DNA of 39,065 nucleotides from a virus (IMGVR_UViG_3300020045_003955:1-39065), one strand, 5' to 3'. Counted from the first letter of the stretch, positions 18,421 through 26,585 are shown. Program-made: numbers and translations. Notes: generated by a model not told the origin, from the letters alone.

Positions 18421-18659
18421 GCCTTCCTGCCCAATCCTTTTTCTGCCATATCAACAATATCACCTTCGCCTGCCGTGCCAGAAATTAGAACCAGCGCTTC
18501 CTCCATCCTTGCATTATCCTCTTCAATGTCTTTAACCCTGTTTTTGAGGTCGGTAATATGTTCTGATATATGCCTGCCGCCACTATCTTGTATATCAAGG
18601 GCATCCCAGCAACTCTGGCATAGCCTGTGAAATTCATAATCCATTCTGGTGTCAATCAT
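18417..18659 (-). CDS. Hypothetical protein
   Basis: 80 aa, ATGA-coupled. Confidence 0.6.
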   Translation of the reverse strand: MIDTRMDYEFHRLCQSCWDALDIQDSGGRHISEHITDLKNRVKDIEEDNARMEEALVLISGTAGEGDIVDMAEKGLGRKA

Positions 18660-18895
18660 GCCACCAACTCCGCAAGCAATTCATCAGCGCTAATATCGTT
18701 TTTAACTTTCTTTGCCTTGGCAATCGAATAGCCAGAGGAACGCAATTGCTGGATAACGCGGGCGGCTTCAAAGTTTAACACGGCAGGCACGCCATTCATC
18801 TGTGTTGCCATCTCATTATAGGCCACAACGCCCGCATCTGTTTCTGGTATAAAGCGGGTGAACATTTTATCTTGGTAGTAAATTAAATCAGTCAT
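18656..18895 (-). CDS. Hypothetical early protein
   Basis: 79 aa, first gene after the promoter at 18924-18952; SD aggaaaggg. Confidence 0.7.
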   Translation of the reverse strand: MTDLIYYQDKMFTRFIPETDAGVVAYNEMATQMNGVPAVLNFEAARVIQQLRSSGYSIAKAKKVKNDISADELLAELVA

Positions 18896-18902
18896 TGTTT
18901 AA

Positions 18903-18952
18903 TCCCTTTCCTTGGATAACCTATTTATGCATGAATGGCGAATAGGTGTCAA
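18903..18952 (-). promoter_or_regulatory. Early promoter cassette A
   Basis: TTGACA-17-CATAAA, spacer motif TTCGCcattcATGCA, leader TTATCCAAGGAAAGGGA identical to 30664-30680. Confidence 0.75.
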
Positions 18953-19074
18953 GGGGAAAAATGCGGAAAGTGAAAATAATTTAGGGTTCCCCGTATATAC
19001 CGACGGGGGCGGTGACATTTTTTTCTCTATTAACCATCAGGCAGTGAGGACACAACCAGAAAGGTAAAATTATA

Positions 19075-19245
19075 TTACACGATTTCCGATGATTGGCAAT
19101 CCTTTAATTCATCCTTTGCTAACTCAATCACCCCTAAAACAGTAGGAAACGGCAAGCCATAAGCCTCTGTACGAATAAACTGTAAAAGCTTTTCCGTAAA
19201 TTCAGCCGCACGATGATCGCCACATGGTAAGTTCTGAATTGTCAT
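19075..19245 (-). CDS. Hypothetical 56-aa protein (probably leaderless)
   Basis: MTIQNLPCGDHRAAEFTEKLLQFIRTEAYGLPFPTVLGVIELAKDEL...; TTGACC-17-CAAAAA sits 6 nt before the ATG. Confidence 0.55.
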   Translation of the reverse strand: MTIQNLPCGDHRAAEFTEKLLQFIRTEAYGLPFPTVLGVIELAKDELKDCQSSEIV

Positions 19246-19286
19246 GGTTTATTTTTGCCACATCATTCGGGCGGGGTCAATAACTA

Positions 19287-19754
19287 TCAAATTGAAAGCA
19301 ACTTCCTCTTTTGCTCACCCAGTATATGCGCCACTTGCTCCATTGTATATACATTATCGCCGCCGACCGCCTGCGCGTCTTCCCATGTGCGTACAAATAT
19401 GTGTTCACCGCTATCATCTACCCAATTCATAAACTCTATCGGCTTTAGTCCGTTGGCAACCGCCTCTTTTTCTATAGCCGCATAACCGCGCGCCATACCC
19501 TCGACAAGCGCCGCCACATCGGCAGGGGCTTCGGCATCTATCGCCGCCTCTATCTTGCCCCATTGCCGCGCCATCTTATTATTCATGTCATCACCCGCAA
19601 CCATGAGTAATTTGCCATGGCCGTACACCGCATCATAGTGCATGATGATTCTGTCCAATCTTTGCAGGTGCTGATTGATGCAATATTGCTTCGATTTTAA
19701 CCAATCGCTATCCGGCCATTCCTTGATTTTTGATTTTACAGATTTACGCTTCAT
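19287..19754 (-). CDS. Hypothetical protein downstream of primase-helicase
   Basis: 155 aa, SD agaaag, helical. Confidence 0.7.
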   Translation of the reverse strand: MKRKSVKSKIKEWPDSDWLKSKQYCINQHLQRLDRIIMHYDAVYGHGKLLMVAGDDMNNKMARQWGKIEAAIDAEAPADVAALVEGMARGYAAIEKEAVANGLKPIEFMNWVDDSGEHIFVRTWEDAQAVGGDNVYTMEQVAHILGEQKRKLLSI

Positions 19755-19814
19755 GCCATACTTTCTATATTAAATATTTTTTAAATTTTTTCTAAAATAC
19801 CCGCATAACAGGGT

Positions 19815-19843
19815 TTGACATGTCGGATTTATTTTGGTACGAT
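19815..19843 (+). promoter_or_regulatory. Consensus sigma70 promoter antisense to the replication operon
   Basis: TTGACA (19815-20), 17 nt, TACGAT (19838-43); AT-rich upstream region; no plus-strand gene follows. Confidence 0.6.
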
Positions 19844-19927
19844 GACTCGCATCGCTCCAAAAATAAATCCTCCAACAAACTGTCCGATTAAGACAATAAG
19901 CCTAATGTTGAAGGTGAAAAAATTCAT
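19829..19927 (-). CDS. Putative 32-aa hydrophobic membrane peptide
   Basis: MNFFTFNIRLIVLIGQFVGGFIFGAMRVIVPK; SD aaagga directly after the primase stop. Confidence 0.4.
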   Translation of the reverse strand: MNFFTFNIRLIVLIGQFVGGFIFGAMRVIVPK

Positions 19928-19939
19928 AAAAAAATCCTT

Positions 19940-22018
19940 TTATTCTTGATTTGTTAGCCAGATAAACGACTGCCCGAAGTCGATTTTGCCCTTACGTTTA
20001 AGAGCCACGCGAATATTTCCTGTCGTTGTTTTGGCCTTGTCACCGTCCACCAAATCTTTATAGCCGCGCTCTGATAGTGCGTCTCGTAAATCGACATAAG
20101 AGATACAGTTCACAACTTCGCCTTGTGCCCCCATAGGTTTGAGCGCGCCCCTATTATGCAGGCAATAAACAATCGTATCGTAAACAAATTTTTGCATGTC
20201 AGTGAGTTTTTCAGATTTAACAGACGTTGATACATCATCAAGATTAACGCCCTGAACAACGCAGCTCGTAATTTCCTCATTGGTGCGCGTATCGACCCCG
20301 ATAGAAACGGTCTTTAAACTAAAAGCCATTTCATCGCCCAGTTCCAGTTCGCGCTGCTTGACGACGCGGATTTTTGAGAAATTGGCGCCCTCATCGCGGC
20401 TGATTTCTATTTCCGTGTCCACGGCAGCCCGTAACGAGCTATGACCGCGCGCACCGCGTGCCTTGTCCTTGCCGCTATGGTGGATGAAGCAGACATGCGC
20501 GCCCGTGTGGTAACGTATCAAATCCGCATGGTGGACAAGCATCCCCATATCCTGCCCGCTATTCTCGTCACCGCCCGCTATGGCACGGGCCAGCGTATCA
20601 ATGACAATCAACCTTATGGACGGCATCTTGTCCGTGGAGTTCTTCAACAGGTCGATAAACTCATTGATGTTGCCCTCAGGATTCATGAAATCAACCTGCG
20701 AGGCGAGCATAGCGAACGCCATGCCCTGCCCGTCATTATAGTGCTGTCTATACGCCTCTAAACGATTGCCCAGACCATACGCGCCCTCTAAGGCCACATA
20801 AACAACGCCGCCCTGATCCACACGCTTATCGCGCCATCTCTTGCCCTGCGCTATATGGAAACATAGGTCGGTCATGAAGAACGTCTTGCCGCAATTGGAT
20901 TCGCCGTAAACGACACTGAATTGGTTGTCGGCCAATAGCCCCTGCACGAAGTCGGTCTTGTTAATGGACGGCCTTATATCATCCGCCATGATAAGCTGCA
21001 TCCCTTTGGGCTTGTCTCCTATTTTGGGCGCGTCTTCCATTGGGTCAATCACGGGTAACGTGACGGGTAGGGTATCGTTTTCAGAATTTGCGCGATTTTG
21101 CGCGATTTTGCGCGATTCGCCATAATCATCGAATTGTTTACGCTCAGGCCTCCAGCCGCCCTGCTTAGCCGCATGGACAAGCGAGCCTATACTTACGCCG
21201 CTTCCTTTAAAGCTATTCCACTTGCGTGCCATGCCGTGCTTGTCGTATTTAGTGCCCTTGGCCGACCACGTATCCCATACCGAGAAGGGGAGGCCGTAAT
21301 CGCTGATTGCCATACCAGTCTGCACCCATTCATCATAACCGCAATCGGGCGATATGTGATTAAGCATGGACTCGATATCTTCGCGGGTAAAATCCTGCGT
21401 AAGATTAAGAGATGATTTAACGCGGCGCACCGGTTCGATATTCAGGCCGCTTGGATTGGTGGCCGACTGATTCGATTTTAGCACGAGCGCGAGGATGAAA
21501 TCAGGCGCTTCCAAGATTTCATCGTTTTCGTCATACCATTCATATGTCGCTCCTGAATAGTGATTCGATCCAGCGCCGCATACATAGCCGCCATCGCCGC
21601 GCACGTCTACATGCGGTAATATACCCTTTTTGGTAATAACCTCGCCAGTTGCTGGGTATCTAAAATACAAATGCCGTCCGCGTCCTGTATTGACTTGCAG
21701 CGTGTTCGGAACCTCGCCCAACTCCAAAAGCGCGTCTTCACCGTCCGCGCCGTCTATATCAATGACAAAGATATTAGACGCCTTGCCCGTGGCCACGCCC
21801 ACATTGAGATACTTGCGCGCCGACCATAGGTCTTTGAGTGCGTCTATATCATTGGTGGCATCTTTAAGCCCGTGTGCCGTGGCAGGGTGCTTGCCCTTGT
21901 TGGAGCAATCGGCGTTGCCGCATGTACATAGGCCGTTATATATGCCATGTACGGGGAATATACTGAACCCGTAACGATTGATCAGAATACGGGCGTCTTG
22001 TGAATTAAAATAGGTCAT
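19940..22018 (-). CDS. Bifunctional primase-polymerase / PriCT-2 / RepA-like (AAA_25) helicase
   Basis: CTCGNADC..GKHP, NVGVATG, IDIDG, TGRGRHLYF, DVRGDGGYV (Prim-Pol); YDEWVQTGMA..WDTWSAKG.KY (PriCT-2); GESNCGKT, LIVIDTLAR, IHHSGKD..RGHSSLRAAVD (helicase). Start placed at ATG 22018 by SD spacing. Confidence 0.92.
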   Translation of the reverse strand: MTYFNSQDARILINRYGFSIFPVHGIYNGLCTCGNADCSNKGKHPATAHGLKDATNDIDALKDLWSARKYLNVGVATGKASNIFVIDIDGADGEDALLELGEVPNTLQVNTGRGRHLYFRYPATGEVITKKGILPHVDVRGDGGYVCGAGSNHYSGATYEWYDENDEILEAPDFILALVLKSNQSATNPSGLNIEPVRRVKSSLNLTQDFTREDIESMLNHISPDCGYDEWVQTGMAISDYGLPFSVWDTWSAKGTKYDKHGMARKWNSFKGSGVSIGSLVHAAKQGGWRPERKQFDDYGESRKIAQNRANSENDTLPVTLPVIDPMEDAPKIGDKPKGMQLIMADDIRPSINKTDFVQGLLADNQFSVVYGESNCGKTFFMTDLCFHIAQGKRWRDKRVDQGGVVYVALEGAYGLGNRLEAYRQHYNDGQGMAFAMLASQVDFMNPEGNINEFIDLLKNSTDKMPSIRLIVIDTLARAIAGGDENSGQDMGMLVHHADLIRYHTGAHVCFIHHSGKDKARGARGHSSLRAAVDTEIEISRDEGANFSKIRVVKQRELELGDEMAFSLKTVSIGVDTRTNEEITSCVVQGVNLDDVSTSVKSEKLTDMQKFVYDTIVYCLHNRGALKPMGAQGEVVNCISYVDLRDALSERGYKDLVDGDKAKTTTGNIRVALKRKGKIDFGQSFIWLTNQE
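21087..21116. repeat. 3 x 10-bp direct repeat TTTGCGCGAT in the primase-helicase linker (candidate iterons)
   Basis: Three perfect tandem copies with a period that is not a multiple of 3. Confidence 0.8.
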
Positions 22019-22043
22019 TATCATCTCCAGCGTTGGTTCCAGC

Positions 22044-22111
22044 TAAAAAAATAGCAAGGCCGCCGCGCTGGGACGGCTTCGATATGGTAGCTATCCATAC
22101 CTAGCCCTGCC
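22044..22111 (-). ncRNA. C4/CI-like three-way-junction leader RNA upstream of primase-helicase
   Basis: P1 GCAGG/CUUGC, P2 GGUAUGG-[AUAGCUA]-CCAUAUC, P3 GCCGUC-[CCAGCGC]-GGCGGC, then a U-run. Loop complements lie immediately downstream; TTGACA at 22141-22146. Confidence 0.7.
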
Positions 22112-22201
22112 TGTATGATGATTATTTAAGCGGCATCACTTGTCAATAGTAATTTTATGTGTTTTACTAACGAAATTAATACATAATAGAAAGGTTGTGC
22201 C

Positions 22202-22327
22202 GTGAAAGTAATACACATCACGTTAAACGAAAAAGAGGCAAAAGAGCTGGAAGACGCGCGCGAGAAAAGCGGAATCAGAACATCCGCCGAGCTGGTCCGG
22301 TTTTTGATCAAGAGCTATATCTCATGA
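22202..22327 (+). CDS. Ribbon-helix-helix (CopG/Arc-like) DNA-binding protein, 41 aa
   Basis: GTG start, SD agaaagg; MKVIHITLNEKEAKELEDAREKSGIRTSAELVRFLIKSYIS; TGA overlaps the next ATG. Confidence 0.7.
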   Translation: MKVIHITLNEKEAKELEDAREKSGIRTSAELVRFLIKSYIS

Positions 22328-23070
22328 ATGGGTGGGAACGTCACGGCATTAAACATATGTCGGCATCGTCACTTAATATGTGGTCAGGTTCACAAGGCGC
22401 ATGGGTGGCCAAGTATTTATACGGGCGTAAGTTCCCGTTTTCCGTGGCCGCGCGCGCTGGTGTTCTGGCCGAAGACGCGGTCGTGGCCGTATTGACCGGC
22501 AGGCTTGACAAAGAAGCCGCGATAAAAGAAGCGGAGAAATCTTACAACAAAGCAATAATGCTAGACAGGTCGGACGACAATGTGAAGCGAGGCGAGGCTA
22601 TACGCGGCTTTGTCGAGAACGCGTTGAGCGAGCTGGAGCCGTTCGGCGTGCCTGAATTTGAGCCAGACGGCAAGCAAAAAGGGTTTTCTATTATGTGCAA
22701 GGGTGACGGGTGGGAGTTGCCAGTCATCGGTTTTATAGATCTGGACTATAAAGATAAAATTGTCGATTTGAAGACTACAATGCGCGCACCGTCAAGCCTT
22801 TCATCCGAACATGCACGCCAGTGTGCATTGTATCAAAAAGCGTTTGGTAAAGAAACGCGATTCCTGTATGTGACGCCTAAAAAAGCGGTATGGCATGTAT
22901 GTGAAGACATGGACGCCGTTATGGCTGAAATTAAAACGCTCTTGAACAGGCAGGAAAAACTCTTGCGTTCTTTTGATAAGGAAGAACTGGCAAAGATGGT
23001 AGACGTGCAACCCGATAGTTTCTATTGGGGCGGCGCGGAGACAATACGGAAAGAATTATTTTTATTTTAG
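22324..23070 (+). CDS. PD-(D/E)XK (RecB/Cas4-like) exonuclease
   Basis: HMSASSLN, IGFIDL..IVDLKTT, QCALY motifs; start at ATG 22324. Confidence 0.85.
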   Translation: MNGWERHGIKHMSASSLNMWSGSQGAWVAKYLYGRKFPFSVAARAGVLAEDAVVAVLTGRLDKEAAIKEAEKSYNKAIMLDRSDDNVKRGEAIRGFVENALSELEPFGVPEFEPDGKQKGFSIMCKGDGWELPVIGFIDLDYKDKIVDLKTTMRAPSSLSSEHARQCALYQKAFGKETRFLYVTPKKAVWHVCEDMDAVMAEIKTLLNRQEKLLRSFDKEELAKMVDVQPDSFYWGGAETIRKELFLF

Positions 23071-23128
23071 GTATTGCCTTATTCAATTTTGTAGCTTATT
23101 GATAGTTTATTAGTAACGAGGAATGTAA

Positions 23129-23818
23129 ATGCAAGATATTGTTAGCCGCGCCGAAGCCAAAGAAAAAGGACTGCCCTATTACTTTACGGGTAAGCCTTGC
23201 TCACACGGCCACATAGATGAGCGATTAACTTCGGATTACGGTTGCCGCGAGTGTAAAAGAATTGCCGTTAAGAAGTGGGCAAAAGAAAACCCAGAACGTG
23301 CAGCCGCTAAAGCAAGAGAATCGGTTCTCAGGAATTGGGACAAGTATATTGAGCGCCACAAGAAATGGCGCGGCGAAAATAGAGATAAAGTCAGGAAAAC
23401 CGTAAAAAACTACGCCGACAATAATAAAGAAAAAATGAAGGCGATGATAAAAAACTGGAGAAATGAAAACCCAGAGAAAAATAGAGCAATTGTCTTAAAT
23501 AGAATTGCTCGGCAGCGGAACGCTGAAGGAGCCTTTACGGGGCAAGACGTATTAGAAATATTTTCAAAGCAAAACGGCCTTTGCGCGTCCTGCGGCTGCG
23601 AGTTGCAAAATTACCATGTGGATCACGTCATGCCCTTAGCACTGGGCGGCTCCAACTATCCAGACAATCTACAGATTTTATGCGTTAAGTGTAATTGCGC
23701 TAAAGGCGCGAAGCACCCAGACGCTTGGGAAGAATATCTGCAAAAGCAGAATATGCGTGTCAACTTCGCCCTAGTTGAAAATGCTCAAATCTTAAAGGAG
23801 AATGCAAAATGCCATTAA
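23129..23818 (+). CDS. HNH homing endonuclease
   Basis: YFTGKPCSHGH..CREC N-terminus; CASC..HVDHVMPLALGGSNYPDNLQILCVKCNCAKG. Confidence 0.9.
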   Translation: MQDIVSRAEAKEKGLPYYFTGKPCSHGHIDERLTSDYGCRECKRIAVKKWAKENPERAAAKARESVLRNWDKYIERHKKWRGENRDKVRKTVKNYADNNKEKMKAMIKNWRNENPEKNRAIVLNRIARQRNAEGAFTGQDVLEIFSKQNGLCASCGCELQNYHVDHVMPLALGGSNYPDNLQILCVKCNCAKGAKHPDAWEEYLQKQNMRVNFALVENAQILKENAKCH

Positions 23819-24372
23819 ACATCACACAAAGCGGCGGAGATTACCTTCCGTACGCCAAATATAATGCAAAATCAGGCCGTTGGTATGTCAAAAAAGACGA
23901 TAAAGAAGTCGAGGTGCAAAACCCCGAATTTGTCGCTGATTTTGCCAATATCAAAACGGGCTGGTTTTTCTTTGCCGAAGGTCAAGCGCCTAGCATATAT
24001 CTTGACCCGACACTTGGTGAAGCTGTTGCCAAGCCGTCCGACAGCCACAAGCGCGGCTTTAAGATTGCACTGTTTTCACCGAAGCAATTCGGCGGCGTGG
24101 TGGAATTGACGGGCGCTTCCATGCACCTGAATAACGCGATTGTAGAACTGTATTCACAATATGAGGCCGATCTAGCAAAAAATGCTGGCAAGCTTCCTGT
24201 TGTGAAGTGCGAAGGCACGGAGGCATCAAAAGACAAATTTGGCACGAACTACAAACCAGTGATGAAAATCACTAAGTGGGTCGATCGTCCGAAAGATTTT
24301 GATGATACCGAAGCTGGAGAAGACATCCCTTTCGATGCGCCTGAATCGTCCAAGGCCGAAAGCGAGTTCTAA
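23809..24372 (+). CDS. Phage single-stranded DNA-binding protein
   Basis: KYNAKSGRW...NIKTGW..F...NYKPVMKITKWVDRP plus acidic tail (EDIPF..ESEF); located in the recombination module. Confidence 0.7.
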   Translation: MPLNITQSGGDYLPYAKYNAKSGRWYVKKDDKEVEVQNPEFVADFANIKTGWFFFAEGQAPSIYLDPTLGEAVAKPSDSHKRGFKIALFSPKQFGGVVELTGASMHLNNAIVELYSQYEADLAKNAGKLPVVKCEGTEASKDKFGTNYKPVMKITKWVDRPKDFDDTEAGEDIPFDAPESSKAESEF

Positions 24373-24414
24373 CCACTTTATGATGGGGGTTCGCGCCCCC
24401 ATTGTTAAATGGTT
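24371..24414 (+). terminator. Long hairpin after SSB (terminator or RNase III/stabiliser site)
   Basis: AACCA..TGATGGGGG-TTCGCG-CCCCCATTG..TGGTT, ending just before the SD aggag. Confidence 0.6.
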
Positions 24415-24425
24415 AGGAGTAGAAA

Positions 24426-24785
24426 ATGCCAGATATCTATAAAAAAAATAATGAAATCATTATAGAAGGCCAGTGCCGTAAATGCGGTGACGCCAAGCTG
24501 GGGTTGGGTGATGGTAGCGGATACCATGCAGCGTCCTATAGATGCCGCAAGTGTCACGCTTTCGCCGGATGGGTTTCGAAGGCTGATATGATTGTGCTGG
24601 CCGCCTTGGAAACGGACAACCCTTTGCAAGTCATTAAAGGCGCAATGGATGATATGGCGCAAGAGAAATTAGATATACCTTTAGCAGAAAAACCATTTAT
24701 TGCTCAAACAATATACGATAAAAAGTACAACAGGCTTAAACTGTATGCCGATAGACTGGCAACCGCCGCGAGGTTATCGGCATGA
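24426..24785 (+). CDS. Zinc-ribbon protein
   Basis: CRKC...H...CRKC...WVSK; SD aggag. Confidence 0.7.
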   Translation: MPDIYKKNNEIIIEGQCRKCGDAKLGLGDGSGYHAASYRCRKCHAFAGWVSKADMIVLAALETDNPLQVIKGAMDDMAQEKLDIPLAEKPFIAQTIYDKKYNRLKLYADRLATAARLSA

Positions 24786-25246
24786 GAACGATACTCGGAA
24801 TCGACCCGGGCGCAGGCGGCGCCTTATCATTTTACGATGGTGAAGAATTAATCTTGTTTGACATGCCCGTGTACGAAATCGCCAAAGGCAAGACCAAGCG
24901 CAAGCGCGTAGATTTTGCCATGTTGTGCAAGATTATCATGGAACAGAAACCAGACCACGCATATGTGGAATTAGTATCCGCCCAGTTCGGCAACGGAGCC
25001 GCCAGCGCGTTTTCTTTTGGCTGCGCGGTAACGTGCGTAGATAATGCCTTGATTGTCTGCAAAGTGCCCGTGACTTATATCACGCCGCAGACATGGAAAA
25101 AAACCATGGCTTGCCCCGCCGATAAAGACGCGGCGCGTTTACGTGCCAGTCAGTTGATGCCGAATCATGCCCACAACTGGGACAGGAAGAAAGATGACGG
25201 CAGAGCAGAATCCGCACTTATTGCCTACTATGGGTTTACGCGATGA
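24782..25246 (+). CDS. RuvC-like Holliday junction resolvase
   Basis: ILGIDPGAGGAL, YVE, SAFSFG, TPQTWKK, DGRAESALIA. Confidence 0.9.
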   Translation: MRTILGIDPGAGGALSFYDGEELILFDMPVYEIAKGKTKRKRVDFAMLCKIIMEQKPDHAYVELVSAQFGNGAASAFSFGCAVTCVDNALIVCKVPVTYITPQTWKKTMACPADKDAARLRASQLMPNHAHNWDRKKDDGRAESALIAYYGFTR

Positions 25247-25413
25247 TGTATCCCGCAAAATTTGTATTGCTGGCAACACAAGATGACGAGCAGGGATTGC
25301 AAGAGGCGCAAGCATATGTGCGCGATATGAAGTTTACCAGCGAGGATGCAAGGATACGTAGGGTTGACGGCGATATATTGGTGATAACAAAAAAAGAAGT
25401 GAAATTGTTTTAA
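25243..25413 (+). CDS. Hypothetical 56-aa protein
   Basis: ATGA-coupled to the resolvase; MMYPAKFVLLATQDDEQGLQEAQAYVR. Confidence 0.6.
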   Translation: MMYPAKFVLLATQDDEQGLQEAQAYVRDMKFTSEDARIRRVDGDILVITKKEVKLF

Positions 25414-25419
25414 AAACAC

Positions 25420-25470
25420 TTGACCTCTTCGCAATTAGCGAATATAAATAGGACATACCAACGGAAAGGG
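25420..25470 (+). promoter_or_regulatory. Early promoter cassette B
   Basis: TTGACC-17-TATAAA, perfect TTCGC-N5-GCGAA palindrome (25428-25442), leader ACCAACGGAAAGGG. Confidence 0.75.
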
Positions 25471-25476
25471 TAACAA

Positions 25477-26478
25477 ATGACTGACATATTTACACAAGAC
25501 ATAAAAGACTTAATAAAACTAGCCACAGAAGATTTCGATAATTTTTATAAAGAAACAGAGAAAAAAAGTAAAAGCTCTGGTAACTACAGCACAGCCGCTA
25601 GCTCTGGTGACTACAGCACAGCCGCTAGCTCTGGTAACTACAGCACAGCCGCTAGCTCTGGTAACTCCAGCACAGCCGCTAGCTCTGGTAACTACAGCAA
25701 AGCCGCTAGCTCTGGTGACTACAGCACAGCCGCTAGCTCTGGTAACTACAGCACAGCCGCTAGCTCTGGTAACTACAGCACAGCCGCTAGCTCTGGTAAC
25801 TACAGCACAGCCGCTAGCTCTGGTAACTACAGCACAGCCGCTAGCTCTGGTAACTCCAGCACAGCCGCTAGCTCTGGTAACTACAGCACAGCCGCTAGCT
25901 CTGGTGAAAATTCCGCATGTTCTGCTCTTGGATACCAAGCTGCCGTTAAGGGTGACGCAGGGAATCTATTAATGTGTTCTGAATACAATAAAGAAGGAAA
26001 GCCATTGGGTGGCAAAGCTGATCTGGTTGACGGTAAAATCCTAAAGCCTGATTGCTGGTATATTGTTGAAGGTGGCGAATGGATTCAAGTCGATTTCACA
26101 GACGGTATTATGCTGCGTGTTATATCTGTAAAGGGTAACGTAAAGAAATGCAAAGACAATAACGGCAATGAAATTTATATTGTTTCCGAGGGTGACATTT
26201 CGGCGCATGGTAAAACAATAAAGCAAGCGCGTGATGATTTGGCATTTAAAATGATGTCGCGTGACGTGAGTCAGTTTAAAAAAATGCCCCTAAAAACAGT
26301 TAAAACAGTATCCGAGTGGGCTTTGGTATACCGCGCTATCACTGGCGCATGTCAGACGGGTACGCAATACTTTATTGAAAAACAGGGCAAGCTAAAAGAC
26401 AGCTACACCCTGAAAGAGATTTTAACCATAACCAAAGGCGCATATGGCGCGGAAAGATTTGCCGAGGTGGTAAAATGA
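25477..26478 (+). CDS. Repeat-containing early protein (SSGNYSTAA x12, probable beta-solenoid)
   Basis: 333 aa; nonapeptide repeats followed by a VDGKILKPDCWY cap and a C-terminal HGKTIKQA...YRAITGACQTG domain. Confidence 0.85.
   Translation: MTDIFTQDIKDLIKLATEDFDNFYKETEKKSKSSGNYSTAASSGDYSTAASSGNYSTAASSGNSSTAASSGNYSKAASSGDYSTAASSGNYSTAASSGNYSTAASSGNYSTAASSGNYSTAASSGNSSTAASSGNYSTAASSGENSACSALGYQAAVKGDAGNLLMCSEYNKEGKPLGGKADLVDGKILKPDCWYIVEGGEWIQVDFTDGIMLRVISVKGNVKKCKDNNGNEIYIVSEGDISAHGKTIKQARDDLAFKMMSRDVSQFKKMPLKTVKTVSEWALVYRAITGACQTGTQYFIEKQGKLKDSYTLKEILTITKGAYGAERFAEVVK
25573..25905 (+). repeat. Tandem repeat, 12 x 27 bp (AGCTCTGGTAACTACAGCACAGCCGCT) plus 9-bp partial
   Basis: Units are nearly identical, with five single-base differences across the array. 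Confidence 0.95.
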
Positions 26479-26585
26479 CCCCCCTTGACCGACTAGCCAA
26501 AGCCCGTAGCCAAGCCGAGTTTCGCAAGGATATACCTGCGATATTGGTGGTGATTTTAATGATATTGGTGGGAATGGTGATTTGA
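26475..26585 (+). CDS. Small membrane protein, 36 aa
   Basis: ATGA-coupled; C-terminal hydrophobic segment AILVVILMILVGMVI. Confidence 0.55.
   Translation: MTPLDRLAKARSQAEFRKDIPAILVVILMILVGMVI

Noticed and set aside
22054-22110. tRNA gene
   Set aside because: It has only three stems and no TTC-loop consensus or CCA end; it fits a C4-like junction instead.
22195-22323. Arg-rich N-terminal extension of the nuclease in the ORF track
   Set aside because: The region is better explained by the overlapping RHH gene 22202-22327, which has an SD and ATGA coupling.
22324-23070. CRISPR-associated Cas4
   Set aside because: It lacks the four-Cys Fe-S arrangement and any cas context; it sits with SSB and resolvase as a recombination exonuclease.
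23129-23818. IscB/HEARO-type RNA-guided nuclease
   Set aside because: No split RuvC motifs or PLMP N-terminus, and only about 58 nt of upstream non-coding sequence. It looks like an ordinary free-standing HNH.
25573-25905. CRISPR array or DGR template/variable repeat
   Set aside because: The units are contiguous with no spacers and lie in frame in a protein. There is no cas gene, no reverse transcriptase and no second copy elsewhere that I could see.
25519-25972. Alternative-frame repeat ORFs (TRASGCAVV and TTAQPLALV)
   Set aside because: They are by-products of a stop-free 27-bp repeat, with no translation signals.
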